Below, piece after piece: positions 1 through 11,091 of a stretch of 64,000 nt of DNA; position 1 is the first letter of the stretch; every line of letters begins with the position of its first letter. Source of the DNA: Dehalococcoidia bacterium (GTDB lineage Bacteria; Chloroflexota; Dehalococcoidia; DSTF01; RBG-16-68-14); NCBI GenBank assembly GCA_040882355.1, contig JBBEBM010000017.1, forward strand, positions 62,001 through 126,000. The letters run 5' to 3'. A model generated the notes under the pieces. The model was not told where the DNA came from. It saw only the letters and a list, made by a program, of their open reading frames with translations, and ran no database searches. Both the position numbers and the translations under genes were made by a program.

Positions 1-2
1 AG

Positions 3-112
3 GATCAATCAAACGCCGCGTCAGATTCGCCGCCCGGATCACGTGCGCGCGGCCAGCTTCGGAGGTCGTCCGCTGAGAAAGACGTTTTTGCAAAACGGAC
101 TGGTCAATCAAA
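3..112 (-). repeat. ~110-bp dispersed repeat, copy A (inverted relative to 39000-39110)
   Basis: Reverse complement aligns by eye with 39000-39110 at about 93/111 identities. TCAATCAAA at 5-13 and 104-112; central GTTTTTGCAAAAC. Confidence 0.9.
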
Positions 113-120
113 GGGCGGCT

Positions 121-158
121 GGGCCTGTCCTGAGCTTGTCGAAGGGCCTGTCCTGAGC
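121..158. repeat. REP-like tandem repeat (CCTGAGCTTGTCGAAGG type)
   Basis: GGGCCTGTCCTGAGC at 121-135 and 144-158 (23-bp period), joined by TTGTCGAA. Confidence 0.7.
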
Positions 159-349
159 GGCCCCTGGGAGAAGGCGCTCTCCACCGGCGGAGGAACGCGG
201 GGAGCGTGCGGGCGAGACGCATGCCGCCCCACTTATGGGACGGTCGGGAAAGGACCGCCAGCCAGCGGTGGGCAGGTTGCCCGCGCTCCGCTTGCCTCGC
301 TCCGCCCTCGCGTGCCACACTCCATAGCACTACGTTCTTGGAGGAGCGA

Positions 350-2182
<1,833 letters not shown>

Positions 2183-2185
2183 CCG

Positions 2186-3559
2186 ATGGGTTCGGTCGCG
2201 CGGACCGTGCCCCGGTTCTGGGCTCAGCCGCACACGCGGTGGCTGGTCGTGATTCTGCTCGTGGCGCTGGTGCTGCGGATCTTCTGGGTTGCGAGCGTGC
2301 AGCCGGACCCGCGCGACGGCCGGCTGGACGACACGGTGCTGTACCATGGCGGCGGCCGGGGCCTGGCGGACGGGGACGGCTACATCAATCCCTATTCAGG
2401 ACTACCGACGGCCAGGTGGTCGATCGGCTACCCACTGGTTCTCTCCCCCCTCTACCTGCTTCCGGGTGATGACGTTGCGGCCGCAAGAGGGTTGAACGTC
2501 GCAGCCGGTCTCATCATGGTGGCAGGCGTGTACTACATCGGCCAGCGCCTCTGGGACAAGCGGGCTGGCCTGCTTGCCGCGGCGCTGATCGCCCTCTTTC
2601 CCAGCGCCATCTTCTTCTCCACGCTTGTCCTTTCGGAGGTTGTCTACGCCGCGTGCGCCGTCGGCGTCCTCGCGCTCGCGCTGGCGTGGACGACGCCCGG
2701 GCCCCCGCCGGCCCGGCGGTTGCTCCTCCTCGGCCTGGCGCTGGGCGGGACGGCGCTGGTGCGCCCGGAGGGCATCGTGTTCGTTGGCGTGCTGGGCGTC
2801 TTCTGGTGGGTGCACGGACGCGACTGGCGCCCGGCGGCGAAAAACGTCGCGCTTGTCCTGGTTGGCGTCGCTGTGCTCTTCATCCCCTGGACGGTGCGCA
2901 ACGCCGTCGAGCTGGGCTCGCCGGTGGTCGGCACAACGGGGCTGGGAGGGGTCCTGATCCAGGGGCACAGCCCGGATTCGGACGGCCAGCCCAACTTCGG
3001 CATTCAGGTCGCCCTCGAGAACCGGTTCCTGGACGTAGAGCTGCCCGAGCGCGAGGTGCGCGTCAACAACGCCGGCATCCAGGACTCGCTGGAGTTCGCC
3101 GTGAACAACCTTGGTCCGGAGGTGAGGCTCACTGCGCTTCGCTTCACCTACTTCGTTCGAAGCGACCGGGGCGCGATCGATTGGGTGCAGCACGCGCCCC
3201 TGCCCAGCACCGACAGTGAGGGCCAGCCTGTAGCCGGCCAACGGGCGCTCTCGGCGAGCACGGCCCGCGCGCTGGGGCTGGTCAGCGATCTGTATTACTA
3301 CGCGGCGCTCGGCATTGCGCTCGCCGGGGTTCCGTTCGTCTTGAAACAGCGCCGTCCGGAGCACATCCTGCTCCTGCTGCCGGTGCTTGTCTACCTGTCG
3401 CTTTGGTCGCTGCTGTTCGTTAGCGAGTCGCGCTATCACTTCCCGCTGCTTCCCTTCGTGAGCATCGCCGCGGCGATAGGCGCCATCGCCGCCTATGACG
3501 TTGTGCGCGAGCAGCAGGCTGAGCGCCGGCAGGCGAGTCGGGCCACCGGCGGACCGTAG
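2186..3559 (+). CDS. GT-C glycosyltransferase (ArnT/PMT family)
   Basis: Many TM helices; DD after TM1, GYP, SE, RPE, PWTVRN and RYHFP motifs. Confidence 0.85.
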   Translation: MGSVARTVPRFWAQPHTRWLVVILLVALVLRIFWVASVQPDPRDGRLDDTVLYHGGGRGLADGDGYINPYSGLPTARWSIGYPLVLSPLYLLPGDDVAAARGLNVAAGLIMVAGVYYIGQRLWDKRAGLLAAALIALFPSAIFFSTLVLSEVVYAACAVGVLALALAWTTPGPPPARRLLLLGLALGGTALVRPEGIVFVGVLGVFWWVHGRDWRPAAKNVALVLVGVAVLFIPWTVRNAVELGSPVVGTTGLGGVLIQGHSPDSDGQPNFGIQVALENRFLDVELPEREVRVNNAGIQDSLEFAVNNLGPEVRLTALRFTYFVRSDRGAIDWVQHAPLPSTDSEGQPVAGQRALSASTARALGLVSDLYYYAALGIALAGVPFVLKQRRPEHILLLLPVLVYLSLWSLLFVSESRYHFPLLPFVSIAAAIGAIAAYDVVREQQAERRQASRATGGP

Positions 3560-3623
3560 GGCGCGAGGCGGCGGGCGCGTTGCGGGGTCGGCGTCAGAAT
3601 CGCGCCGGCCGATCGCCTGCGGT

Positions 3624-5201
3624 ATGCTGGGCCACGATCGAGGTCCAGCATCTGTGGAAGCTTCCCAGGCCAGCACGACATTGCCCGATGCGCCCGTCGG
3701 GCCTGGCCTTCGCGTGCCGGCTTTCGAGCGGCTCGCGGCGCGGCCCGGCCTGCTCGTGTGGGGAGCCCTGGCGGCGGCGCTCGCCGCGATCTTCCTGGTC
3801 CACGTTCCGGTGCTCGACCATTACTTCTTCGGCGACGATTCCGTCCCGTTCGCGGACATCGAGTCGAAGAGCGCGTGGCGCTACATCAGCGATGTCTTTC
3901 TCATGCGCGACCCGACGCCAAACTGGCGCTTCCTGACGGGGATCGAGTACCTCATCGTCTATCGCGCCTTCGGCTTCAACGCGCTCCCCTTCATGCTCGT
4001 GGCCGTGCTGGCGCACACGGCCACAGCAGGGCTCATCTTCTTCTTCGTGTATCGCACGACGCGCGCGGTCTGGACGGCGTTCCTGGCGGCGTGCTTCTTC
4101 GGACTGACGTCGGCGTCGGCGCCGACGGTCGGGCAGGTGACCGCGGTCAACAATGTTCTCGCCGGCTTCTTCATCATGCTCGCCATCATAACGCTGTACG
4201 AAGGCCTCGACCGCGGGCCGCCGCTCGGCTGGTGGCTGGTGGCGTCCGTGGCGTCGTTCGCGGCCGCTATCGCGTCGAACGAGTCGTCGGCGGTGCTGGC
4301 GCCCGTGTTGGCGCTGATCATCGCCTGGAAGGCGACGGACTCACCAGAATGGTGGCGCGAACCGCAACAGTGGCTCCGCGTCGCGTGGCTCTCGGCGCCG
4401 TACGCGCTCCTCGGCGGGGCGGCGCTGATCGGCTTCGCGGCGTGCGGTTGCACGGAACAGGGGAAGGAAGGCGTCTCCTCGTTGGGCGATCACGTCGCGG
4501 GCAACTTCTGGATCTATCTGGGCCGGCTCCTCTACCCGGTGGGTATGGAGTTTCCCGGCAAGCCGGGCGATGCCCATCTGGTGGCGGGTCTCGTACTCTT
4601 AGGGCTGGTGGTGGCGATGGCGGTGCGAGGGCCGGCGCTCGCCAGGATCTGCGCCGTCTATCTGTTCCTGGCTCTCGTGTCCTATGTCACGATCACGTTT
4701 GCCCTCGCCCCACGCTACGTGTACGCGGCATCGATCCCGTTTTCGATCCTGGCAGCGCTGCTGTTTGCAGAGGTGGCCCGTTACGCCGGCCGGCTTTCGC
4801 CGGCGCTGCCCGTCGCGTTGGGAGTCGTTGCGCTGGGGGTGCTGGGCGTCTATAGCTGGCAGACGTGGACGCAGAACGGCGACTTCGAAGCGCGCACCGC
4901 CGAGTGGCGCGACCTGGTCGCGAACGTGCAGGAGCGCTACCCGGAGCCGCCACCGGGCAGCGCCGTCGTTGTGCGTGGCGGGCCCCTGACGAGCCCCCTC
5001 TGGCAGTTCACGGTCCTGCCCGCCTACGGCCGCGTCCTCTGGGGCGACGCCGGTCTGCTCACGGCGCCCGACGGCACGACGGAGTTCTGCCGGCCGTACG
5101 GCGGGCTCTTTGTCCTCGACTACGACGGCGGGCGCTACACGTCGGTCGCGCGGGACGCCGTCGCCGCGGTGGACTGCGAAGCGCAGCTCCAGCCCGAATG
5201 A
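3624..5201 (+). CDS. GT-C-like multi-pass membrane glycosyltransferase
   Basis: FFGDD motif after TM1, WRFL, SNE and PRYVY motifs, C-terminal soluble domain. Start uncertain (3624 ATG or 3681 TTG). Confidence 0.75.
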   Translation: MLGHDRGPASVEASQASTTLPDAPVGPGLRVPAFERLAARPGLLVWGALAAALAAIFLVHVPVLDHYFFGDDSVPFADIESKSAWRYISDVFLMRDPTPNWRFLTGIEYLIVYRAFGFNALPFMLVAVLAHTATAGLIFFFVYRTTRAVWTAFLAACFFGLTSASAPTVGQVTAVNNVLAGFFIMLAIITLYEGLDRGPPLGWWLVASVASFAAAIASNESSAVLAPVLALIIAWKATDSPEWWREPQQWLRVAWLSAPYALLGGAALIGFAACGCTEQGKEGVSSLGDHVAGNFWIYLGRLLYPVGMEFPGKPGDAHLVAGLVLLGLVVAMAVRGPALARICAVYLFLALVSYVTITFALAPRYVYAASIPFSILAALLFAEVARYAGRLSPALPVALGVVALGVLGVYSWQTWTQNGDFEARTAEWRDLVANVQERYPEPPPGSAVVVRGGPLTSPLWQFTVLPAYGRVLWGDAGLLTAPDGTTEFCRPYGGLFVLDYDGGRYTSVARDAVAAVDCEAQLQPE

Positions 5202-6703
5202 GTGGCGAAACACCGTCTACGTCGCCCACCGACATCTCGTGGTGGACGGAACGCCTGCGCGGCGCGTGGTCGCAGCGCGAGCTGCGCTGGCTCGCAGCGA
5301 TCGTTGTCCTCGCTGCGGCGCTGCGCATCGCGTGGGTGCTCTACGCGGCGCGCGAGCCCCAGGGCCTGCACGACCCGCTGCTCTTCAATCTGCTCGGCCA
5401 GCGGATCGCGGGCGGCGACGGCTACTCCTATCCGGAAGGCTCGACGGCGTACTACCCGGTCGGCTACCCGGCGACGCTTGGCGCCGTGTATTTCGTCGTC
5501 AAGCACACGTTCATCCCAGACAACCTGGTGCTGGCGAACGCGTTCCTTCAGGTCTTCCTGAGCGTGGCGACCGTCGCGCTCACGTTCGCGGTGGCGCGAC
5601 GGCTGTTCAACGAGACGGTTGGACTGGTAGGAGCAGCGTGGCTGGCCGTCTTTCCGAACCTGATCTACCACACGGCCAACTACCTGACGGAGACGCTGTT
5701 CAACTTCTTGGTGATGCTCGCGCTGCTGGTGCTCTTCGGAGCAAGCTGGCAGGAGCGGCGGATCGCGGCGTGGCGTCTGATCGCGTTCGGGGTCGCCCTC
5801 GCGGCGTCGGCGTTTGTGCGGCCGATCTCGCTGCTCCTGCTGCCGCTGTTGCTCGTCGCGTTCGTCTCCGGCGGCTTCGGCTGGCGGCGGTCGCTTGGCT
5901 ACGCCGGCGCGGTGCTCGGTGTAACGGCCGCGCTGATCGCGCCGTGGACGGTGCGGAACATTGTTGTGATGGACTCGCCGATCGTCATCTCGGCGAACAT
6001 CGGTGACGACCTCTGCATTGGCCACTACGCCGGCGCGCCCGGCTACTTCGCGCCGCCGCCGGTCTGCTTCGATGGCTACGAAGGTCTCGATCACACGGAG
6101 CTGGTCGTGCAGCGGAACGACGACAACCTGCGCCGCGCGCTGACGTTCATGCGGGAGCATCCGTGGTTCACGCTGCGCAACCTATCGCACAAGGCCTACT
6201 ACATGTGGGAGCACGATCACGATGGCATCATTGCTGTCGAGTCCTACGGCGACGACGGCTTTCTCGATCCAGGCACGAGGCGCTTCCTGACGAAGACGGC
6301 CGATCTGTTCTTCTATTTCACGATCAGCGTCGGCGCACTCGGCCTCGCGGGCTTCGTGGTCCGGCCGCTCGATCCGCGCAGGCTGTTCTTCCTGCTGGCG
6401 CTGCTGGCCTTCGCCGGCGTGCCGCTGGCCTTCTTCGGCGACTCTCGCTTCCACGTGCCGGTGCTGCCGTTCCTGGCGGTGTCGGCGTCGTGGTTTGTCG
6501 TGACGGTGGGCACCCTCGCTCTGCGGCTCGCGAAGGAGGGCGTCTCGGACACGCCTGGCACGCCCCGGAGAAGCGTCGCTACGCCGGGCGGCACGTTCGC
6601 GTCGCCGGGCGGACCGCCGAAGGACTCAGACGTAGAAGTCGCGGAAGGAGAGGCGCCGATGGCGGATGAGGATGCTCTCCAGGATGCCGAGGCCGACGAA
6701 TAA
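5198..6703 (+). CDS. GT-C glycosyltransferase (ArnT/PMT family), paralogue of 2186-3559
   Basis: ATG overlaps the previous stop (ATGA). YPVGYP, TE, RP, PWTVRN and RFHVP motifs. Confidence 0.85.
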   Translation: MSGETPSTSPTDISWWTERLRGAWSQRELRWLAAIVVLAAALRIAWVLYAAREPQGLHDPLLFNLLGQRIAGGDGYSYPEGSTAYYPVGYPATLGAVYFVVKHTFIPDNLVLANAFLQVFLSVATVALTFAVARRLFNETVGLVGAAWLAVFPNLIYHTANYLTETLFNFLVMLALLVLFGASWQERRIAAWRLIAFGVALAASAFVRPISLLLLPLLLVAFVSGGFGWRRSLGYAGAVLGVTAALIAPWTVRNIVVMDSPIVISANIGDDLCIGHYAGAPGYFAPPPVCFDGYEGLDHTELVVQRNDDNLRRALTFMREHPWFTLRNLSHKAYYMWEHDHDGIIAVESYGDDGFLDPGTRRFLTKTADLFFYFTISVGALGLAGFVVRPLDPRRLFFLLALLAFAGVPLAFFGDSRFHVPVLPFLAVSASWFVVTVGTLALRLAKEGVSDTPGTPRRSVATPGGTFASPGGPPKDSDVEVAEGEAPMADEDALQDAEADE

Positions 6704-7762
6704 CGTGATGAGCGAGCTGCCGCCCTGACTGATGAAGGGCAGCGGGATGCCGGTCACCGGCAGCAGGCGCACGTTCACCCCGACGTTGACAAACGTCTGG
6801 ACGAGGACGAAGACGACGAACCCCGTCGCGAAGAGACGTCCGAAGAGATCGGCGGAGGTCTCGGCGACGCGTAACGCTCGCCAGAGCAGGAGTAAGAACA
6901 GGCCGAAGAGCGCGAGCGCGCCGGCGAAGCCCAACTCCTCCCCCAGCACGCTGAAGATGTAGTCGGTCGTCTCGGTGCGGAGGAAGTCGAGCTGCGTCTG
7001 GGAGCCTTCGGTGAGGCCCTTGCCGAACAGGCCGCCCGAGCCGATGCTGATCTCTGCCTGCAGCGTGGGCAGGCCGGCCCCTTGCGCGTCGGCCTCGGGT
7101 TCCATCCAGAGCTCGAGCCGGTCGCGCTGGTAGTCGGACACCAGTCCGAGGAAGACGAACGGGATCGCGATGAGCGCGACGGCAAAGAGGCCGCCGATGT
7201 GACGCCAGCGCGCGCCCGCGACGATCACCATGCCCAGCCAGATCGCGGCGAAGATGACGGCGGAGCCCAGGTCAGGCTCCAGGAAGACGAGCACGGCGGG
7301 GATCCCGGCAAGAGCCAGCGACGTCGAGAACACGCGCAGCTCGCCGAGCGTTTCTTGATTGTCGGAGACGTATTTCGCGATCGCGATGATGACGATGAGC
7401 TTCGCGATCTCGGATGGCTGGATCTGCGTACCGCCGATCACGATCCAACGGCGGGAGCCGTAGGTCTCATCACCGACGATGAGCACGTACACCAGCGCGG
7501 CGAGGCTGGCGATGTAAAGTCCCGCGCTCAAGGCCCCCAGCGTCCGGTAGTTGAACAGCGTGAAGACGATGGCGAGCCCCAGCCCGATGGCGGCGAAGAG
7601 CGCTTGCCTTGAGACGGGATGCGAGAGATCGGTCAGGTCCGGCTCGCCGAAGCGGGTCAGGCTGCCGCTGTAGATGAGCATCGCGCCCAGGGTGACGAGG
7701 CCCAGCGCCGCGAGCATCAGCAGCGGGTCGAAGTCGCGCAGGCGGATCGTGCGGGCGATCAC
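6626..7762 (-). CDS. rodA: SEDS peptidoglycan glycosyltransferase RodA
   Basis: QPSEIAK, PDLGSA, TDYIFSVLGEELG and TGIPLPFISQGGSS; directly downstream of mrdA. Confidence 0.95.
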   Translation of the reverse strand: MIARTIRLRDFDPLLMLAALGLVTLGAMLIYSGSLTRFGEPDLTDLSHPVSRQALFAAIGLGLAIVFTLFNYRTLGALSAGLYIASLAALVYVLIVGDETYGSRRWIVIGGTQIQPSEIAKLIVIIAIAKYVSDNQETLGELRVFSTSLALAGIPAVLVFLEPDLGSAVIFAAIWLGMVIVAGARWRHIGGLFAVALIAIPFVFLGLVSDYQRDRLELWMEPEADAQGAGLPTLQAEISIGSGGLFGKGLTEGSQTQLDFLRTETTDYIFSVLGEELGFAGALALFGLFLLLLWRALRVAETSADLFGRLFATGFVVFVLVQTFVNVGVNVRLLPVTGIPLPFISQGGSSLITLFVGLGILESILIRHRRLSFRDFYV

Positions 7763-9678
7763 GGCAGCGCCTCCTGGGCCAGGCGCTGCCGCGCGAAGTA
7801 GTAGTCGAGGATCTGCGCGGCCACGGGCCCGGCCGTGCCCGCGCCGGTGCCCTTCTGGAGGAAGACGACCACGGAGATCTCCGGGTTGTCGAAGGGGGCG
7901 AAGCCGGTGTACCAGGCGTGCGTATCGTGCTTGCCGTCGGCTCGTTTCGGCCCGAACTCAGCGGTCCCGGTCTTGCCCGCGATCGGCACGAGGCGGCTCG
8001 CGCCACTGGCGGCGGTGCCCGGTGATACGGCGGCCTGGCGCATCCCTTCGCGCATCACCGCGAGGTTCTCGTCAGAGACCGCGACGTGGTGCGCCACCTG
8101 CCGCTCGATGCGCGTGATCACCGTGCCGTCCTCGTGGACGATTTCACGCGCGACGTGCGGGACGAGCACGTCGCCGCCGTTCGCGACGGCGGTGGTTACC
8201 CCCAGGAGCTGCAACGGCGTCACGGCCAGGTAGCCCTGGCCGATGCCGAAGGTGTACGTATCGCCGAGGTACCAGGGGTTGCCGACGGCCTCTTCCTTCC
8301 AGGCAGGGTCGGGCACGAGGCCGGCGGCTTCACCGGGGATGTCGATGCCCGTTGGCGCGCCGAGCCCATATTCGCGGGCATAGCGGGCAAGGCGCTCGGC
8401 GCCCAGGCCGCGGAAGTCCCCGAAGCCGCCGGACAGGTAGTAGAAGTAGACGTCGGATGACATCCTCACACCGCCGTAGAAGTCCAACGTGCCCAAGGCC
8501 GACCAGTCGCGGAAGACCGCGGGCTCGCCGCCGTACTGGTTGGGCACCGAGATCGCGCCGCGACTGGTGATGCGCGTGCTCGGGGTGGCGACGCCCTCCT
8601 GGAGAGCGGCGGTGCCCGTCACCATCTTGAACGTGCTGCCGGGGGCGTAGATCTCGGCGAGGACGCGGTTGACGAGCGGCTTGGCGGGGTCATTGACCAG
8701 CGATGGCAGCGCCTCTTGGTCGACGGGCTCGGTCAGTACATTGTTGTCGTACGCAGGCAAGGTAACCATCGACAGCATTTCGCCCGTCCGCACGTCCATC
8801 ACGGCGGCGGCCGCGTTCTGCGATCCCGATTCGGCCATGGCGGTCATCAAATACTCGGTGACCTGACGCTGGAGGTCGAGGTCCAGGGAGAGGACCAGGT
8901 TGCCCGCATTGCCCGGCGGTGACGAACGGATGGTCCGCAGCTCCTGGCCGGCCGCGTCGATCTCCACCTGGCGGTAGCCGGCTGTGCCTCGCAGCGCCTG
9001 CTCGTACGTAAGCTCGACGCCTGTCTTCCCCAGGCGATCGTTGAGCTGGTAGCCCGACTCGTGCAGCCTGGCGTACTCGTCCTGGTCGATCCGGCCGACG
9101 TAGCCAAGGACGTCGGCGGTGAGCGCGCCGGTGGCATAGTTGCGCACGGACTCGGCGAGGACCTGGACGCCAGGGAGCTGCGCCTGGCGTTCTCGCAAGC
9201 GGAAGAGGGTTGACTCGTCCAGGCCCGCCTTGATGATGACGGGAGTGAAGGGGTCGTCGCTGTTGCGCGCCTGCGCGACCTTGGTAGCGATGTCGGCCGC
9301 GGGCACGCCCGTCTCGCGCGAGAGCTCGTCGATGACGACGAGGAACTTGTCGCCGGGCACGTCGGCGGCAACGACGCCTGCGGAGTAGATGGGCACGTTC
9401 TGGACGAGCTGCTCGCCGTTGCGGTCGTAGATCAGACCGCGCGCGGGCAGGTCCGGCACGATGCGGAGCCGGTTCGATTCAGCGCGCTGCTGGTAGGCCT
9501 CGTGCTCGATGAGCTGCATGCGCGCGAGCTGGAGCAACAGCAAGCCGAAGAGGAGCAGCATGAGGCTTTTGAGGAGGAAGAACCGCCTGGGAAAGACCTC
9601 CGCTGGCTTGTCTTCCGGGTCGCGAGCGCGCCAGCGGCGGCGTTGATTGGGGTTGGCCAGTCGCAGCTCGGAGCGCAT
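7759..9678 (-). CDS. mrdA: Penicillin-binding protein 2
   Basis: RGLIYDRNG, GKTGVE, SxxK (STFK), SxD (SSD) and KTGTAE. Confidence 0.95.
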   Translation of the reverse strand: MRSELRLANPNQRRRWRARDPEDKPAEVFPRRFFLLKSLMLLLFGLLLLQLARMQLIEHEAYQQRAESNRLRIVPDLPARGLIYDRNGEQLVQNVPIYSAGVVAADVPGDKFLVVIDELSRETGVPAADIATKVAQARNSDDPFTPVIIKAGLDESTLFRLRERQAQLPGVQVLAESVRNYATGALTADVLGYVGRIDQDEYARLHESGYQLNDRLGKTGVELTYEQALRGTAGYRQVEIDAAGQELRTIRSSPPGNAGNLVLSLDLDLQRQVTEYLMTAMAESGSQNAAAAVMDVRTGEMLSMVTLPAYDNNVLTEPVDQEALPSLVNDPAKPLVNRVLAEIYAPGSTFKMVTGTAALQEGVATPSTRITSRGAISVPNQYGGEPAVFRDWSALGTLDFYGGVRMSSDVYFYYLSGGFGDFRGLGAERLARYAREYGLGAPTGIDIPGEAAGLVPDPAWKEEAVGNPWYLGDTYTFGIGQGYLAVTPLQLLGVTTAVANGGDVLVPHVAREIVHEDGTVITRIERQVAHHVAVSDENLAVMREGMRQAAVSPGTAASGASRLVPIAGKTGTAEFGPKRADGKHDTHAWYTGFAPFDNPEISVVVFLQKGTGAGTAGPVAAQILDYYFARQRLAQEALP

Positions 9679-9686
9679 CTACCCGC

Positions 9687-10190
9687 TCACGCTCCGAAGG
9701 CCGGACTGGGCCGGAGCTCCGGCCGGAAAAGGCGCATGACGCCGTATACGGGCAGGAGGAGCAGCGCGTTCGCTATGGCCGCCGGCAGGAGCACGTCGAT
9801 CAGGCTGTTGAGCCAGTCGACGCGTTCGCCGGTGACGGCCAGACTGATCAGCATCACGCCCTCGTAGGCCCACGTTGCCAGGACGGTCAGAAGGATCGCG
9901 GGCAGCAGGTCGGACTCGACGAGCTTCCATTCGCGCACTTCCGTCATCACGATCAATGGAGCGAGGGCGAGCATGGCGAGGCCAAGCGGCTCGCTGTCGA
10001 GCAGGCCCTGCAAGAATCCCGCAATCACGATGAGCGGCAGCGCTTCCTGCTTGCCGCGCACGCTCATCCAGGCGACGAGCACGACGATAAGGAGGTTCGG
10101 CTGGACCCCGAAGATGGAGAACTCAGGCAGAACGGCGGCCTGAGCGAGGGTCGCCGCGACGATGAGCAGCACTCCGATTACCGCACTCAC
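9687..10190 (-). CDS. mreD: Rod shape-determining protein MreD
   Basis: Hydrophobic, GVQPNL motif, located between mreC and mrdA. Confidence 0.9.
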   Translation of the reverse strand: MSAVIGVLLIVAATLAQAAVLPEFSIFGVQPNLLIVVLVAWMSVRGKQEALPLIVIAGFLQGLLDSEPLGLAMLALAPLIVMTEVREWKLVESDLLPAILLTVLATWAYEGVMLISLAVTGERVDWLNSLIDVLLPAAIANALLLLPVYGVMRLFRPELRPSPAFGA

Positions 10191-11008
10191 GGAGGCGGCT
10201 CCTCCTGGGGAGTGAAGCTCTCGAGCACCAGGACCCGTTCAATGCGCGACAGGTCGGCCAGCGGCTCCACACGCACGCTCTGGAACAGCTCCTGCGCCGT
10301 ACGCTCCACATTGACGACGCGCCCGATCACCTCGCCCTGGGGGTACCGGCCGCCGAGGCCGGACGTAAGCACGAAATCGCCTTCGCTGACCTCCGCAGTC
10401 TCTTGAACGAACTCCATCTCGAGGCTGCCGTCGGCGGCGCCCGCGACAACGCCCGGAGCGCGCGACTCTTGCACGACAGCGCTCACGGCGCTGTCGACGT
10501 CCGTGATGAGCGTCACCCAGGCGTAATTGTCCAGCACCTTGCTGACGGATCCGATCAGGCTGCCCTGTTGAGTGAGCACGATCATGCCCTCGCGGATCCC
10601 GTCCGACGACCCGCGATCGATCGCGATCGCTTCCCTCGTGTTGGTCTGGTCACGGGCGAAGACGCTCGCGGCGACGAAGGTGTCGTCGGGCGACTGCCTG
10701 ACGCCGAGCAACCCCTGGAGCTGCTGGTTCTCAGCCTCCACTTCGCGCGACTGGCTGAGCTGCTCCAGCAGGCGCTCGTTCTCTTCGCGCAAGGAGCGGT
10801 TCTCGTTGGTGAGGCTGTTGATGTCGGTGAGGTTGTTGACGAAGTCAGCGACCGGCCTGGTGGCGTCCTGGAGCGCGGACTCGACAGGGGCGACGGCGAC
10901 GAGGACGGCGTTCTCCAGCGGGTCGAAGATGCCGAAGCGGCTCCCCGCCATGAACAGGAGGCCGGCGATCACCACAAAGCTGAGCCAGGTGCGGGTGCGG
11001 ACGTGCAC
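10187..11008 (-). CDS. mreC: Rod shape-determining protein MreC
   Basis: TM helix plus coiled coil, IDRGSSDGI and LTSGLGGRYP. Confidence 0.95.
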   Translation of the reverse strand: MHVRTRTWLSFVVIAGLLFMAGSRFGIFDPLENAVLVAVAPVESALQDATRPVADFVNNLTDINSLTNENRSLREENERLLEQLSQSREVEAENQQLQGLLGVRQSPDDTFVAASVFARDQTNTREAIAIDRGSSDGIREGMIVLTQQGSLIGSVSKVLDNYAWVTLITDVDSAVSAVVQESRAPGVVAGAADGSLEMEFVQETAEVSEGDFVLTSGLGGRYPQGEVIGRVVNVERTAQELFQSVRVEPLADLSRIERVLVLESFTPQEEPPP

Positions 11009-11091
11009 TGTTCCTCTCCCTCGGAAGTCGGCAAAAACGCACCCGAGCGCAGGGCCCTGTGCTAGCGCACTCGGGGCTCCCTTGGCCTAGT

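Noticed and set aside
4865..5197. N-terminal extensions of ORFs 4865-6703, 48337-49632, 58968-60386 and 61488-62561
   Set aside because: They overlap upstream genes in another frame. Coupled or RBS-supported internal starts explain them without frameshifting.
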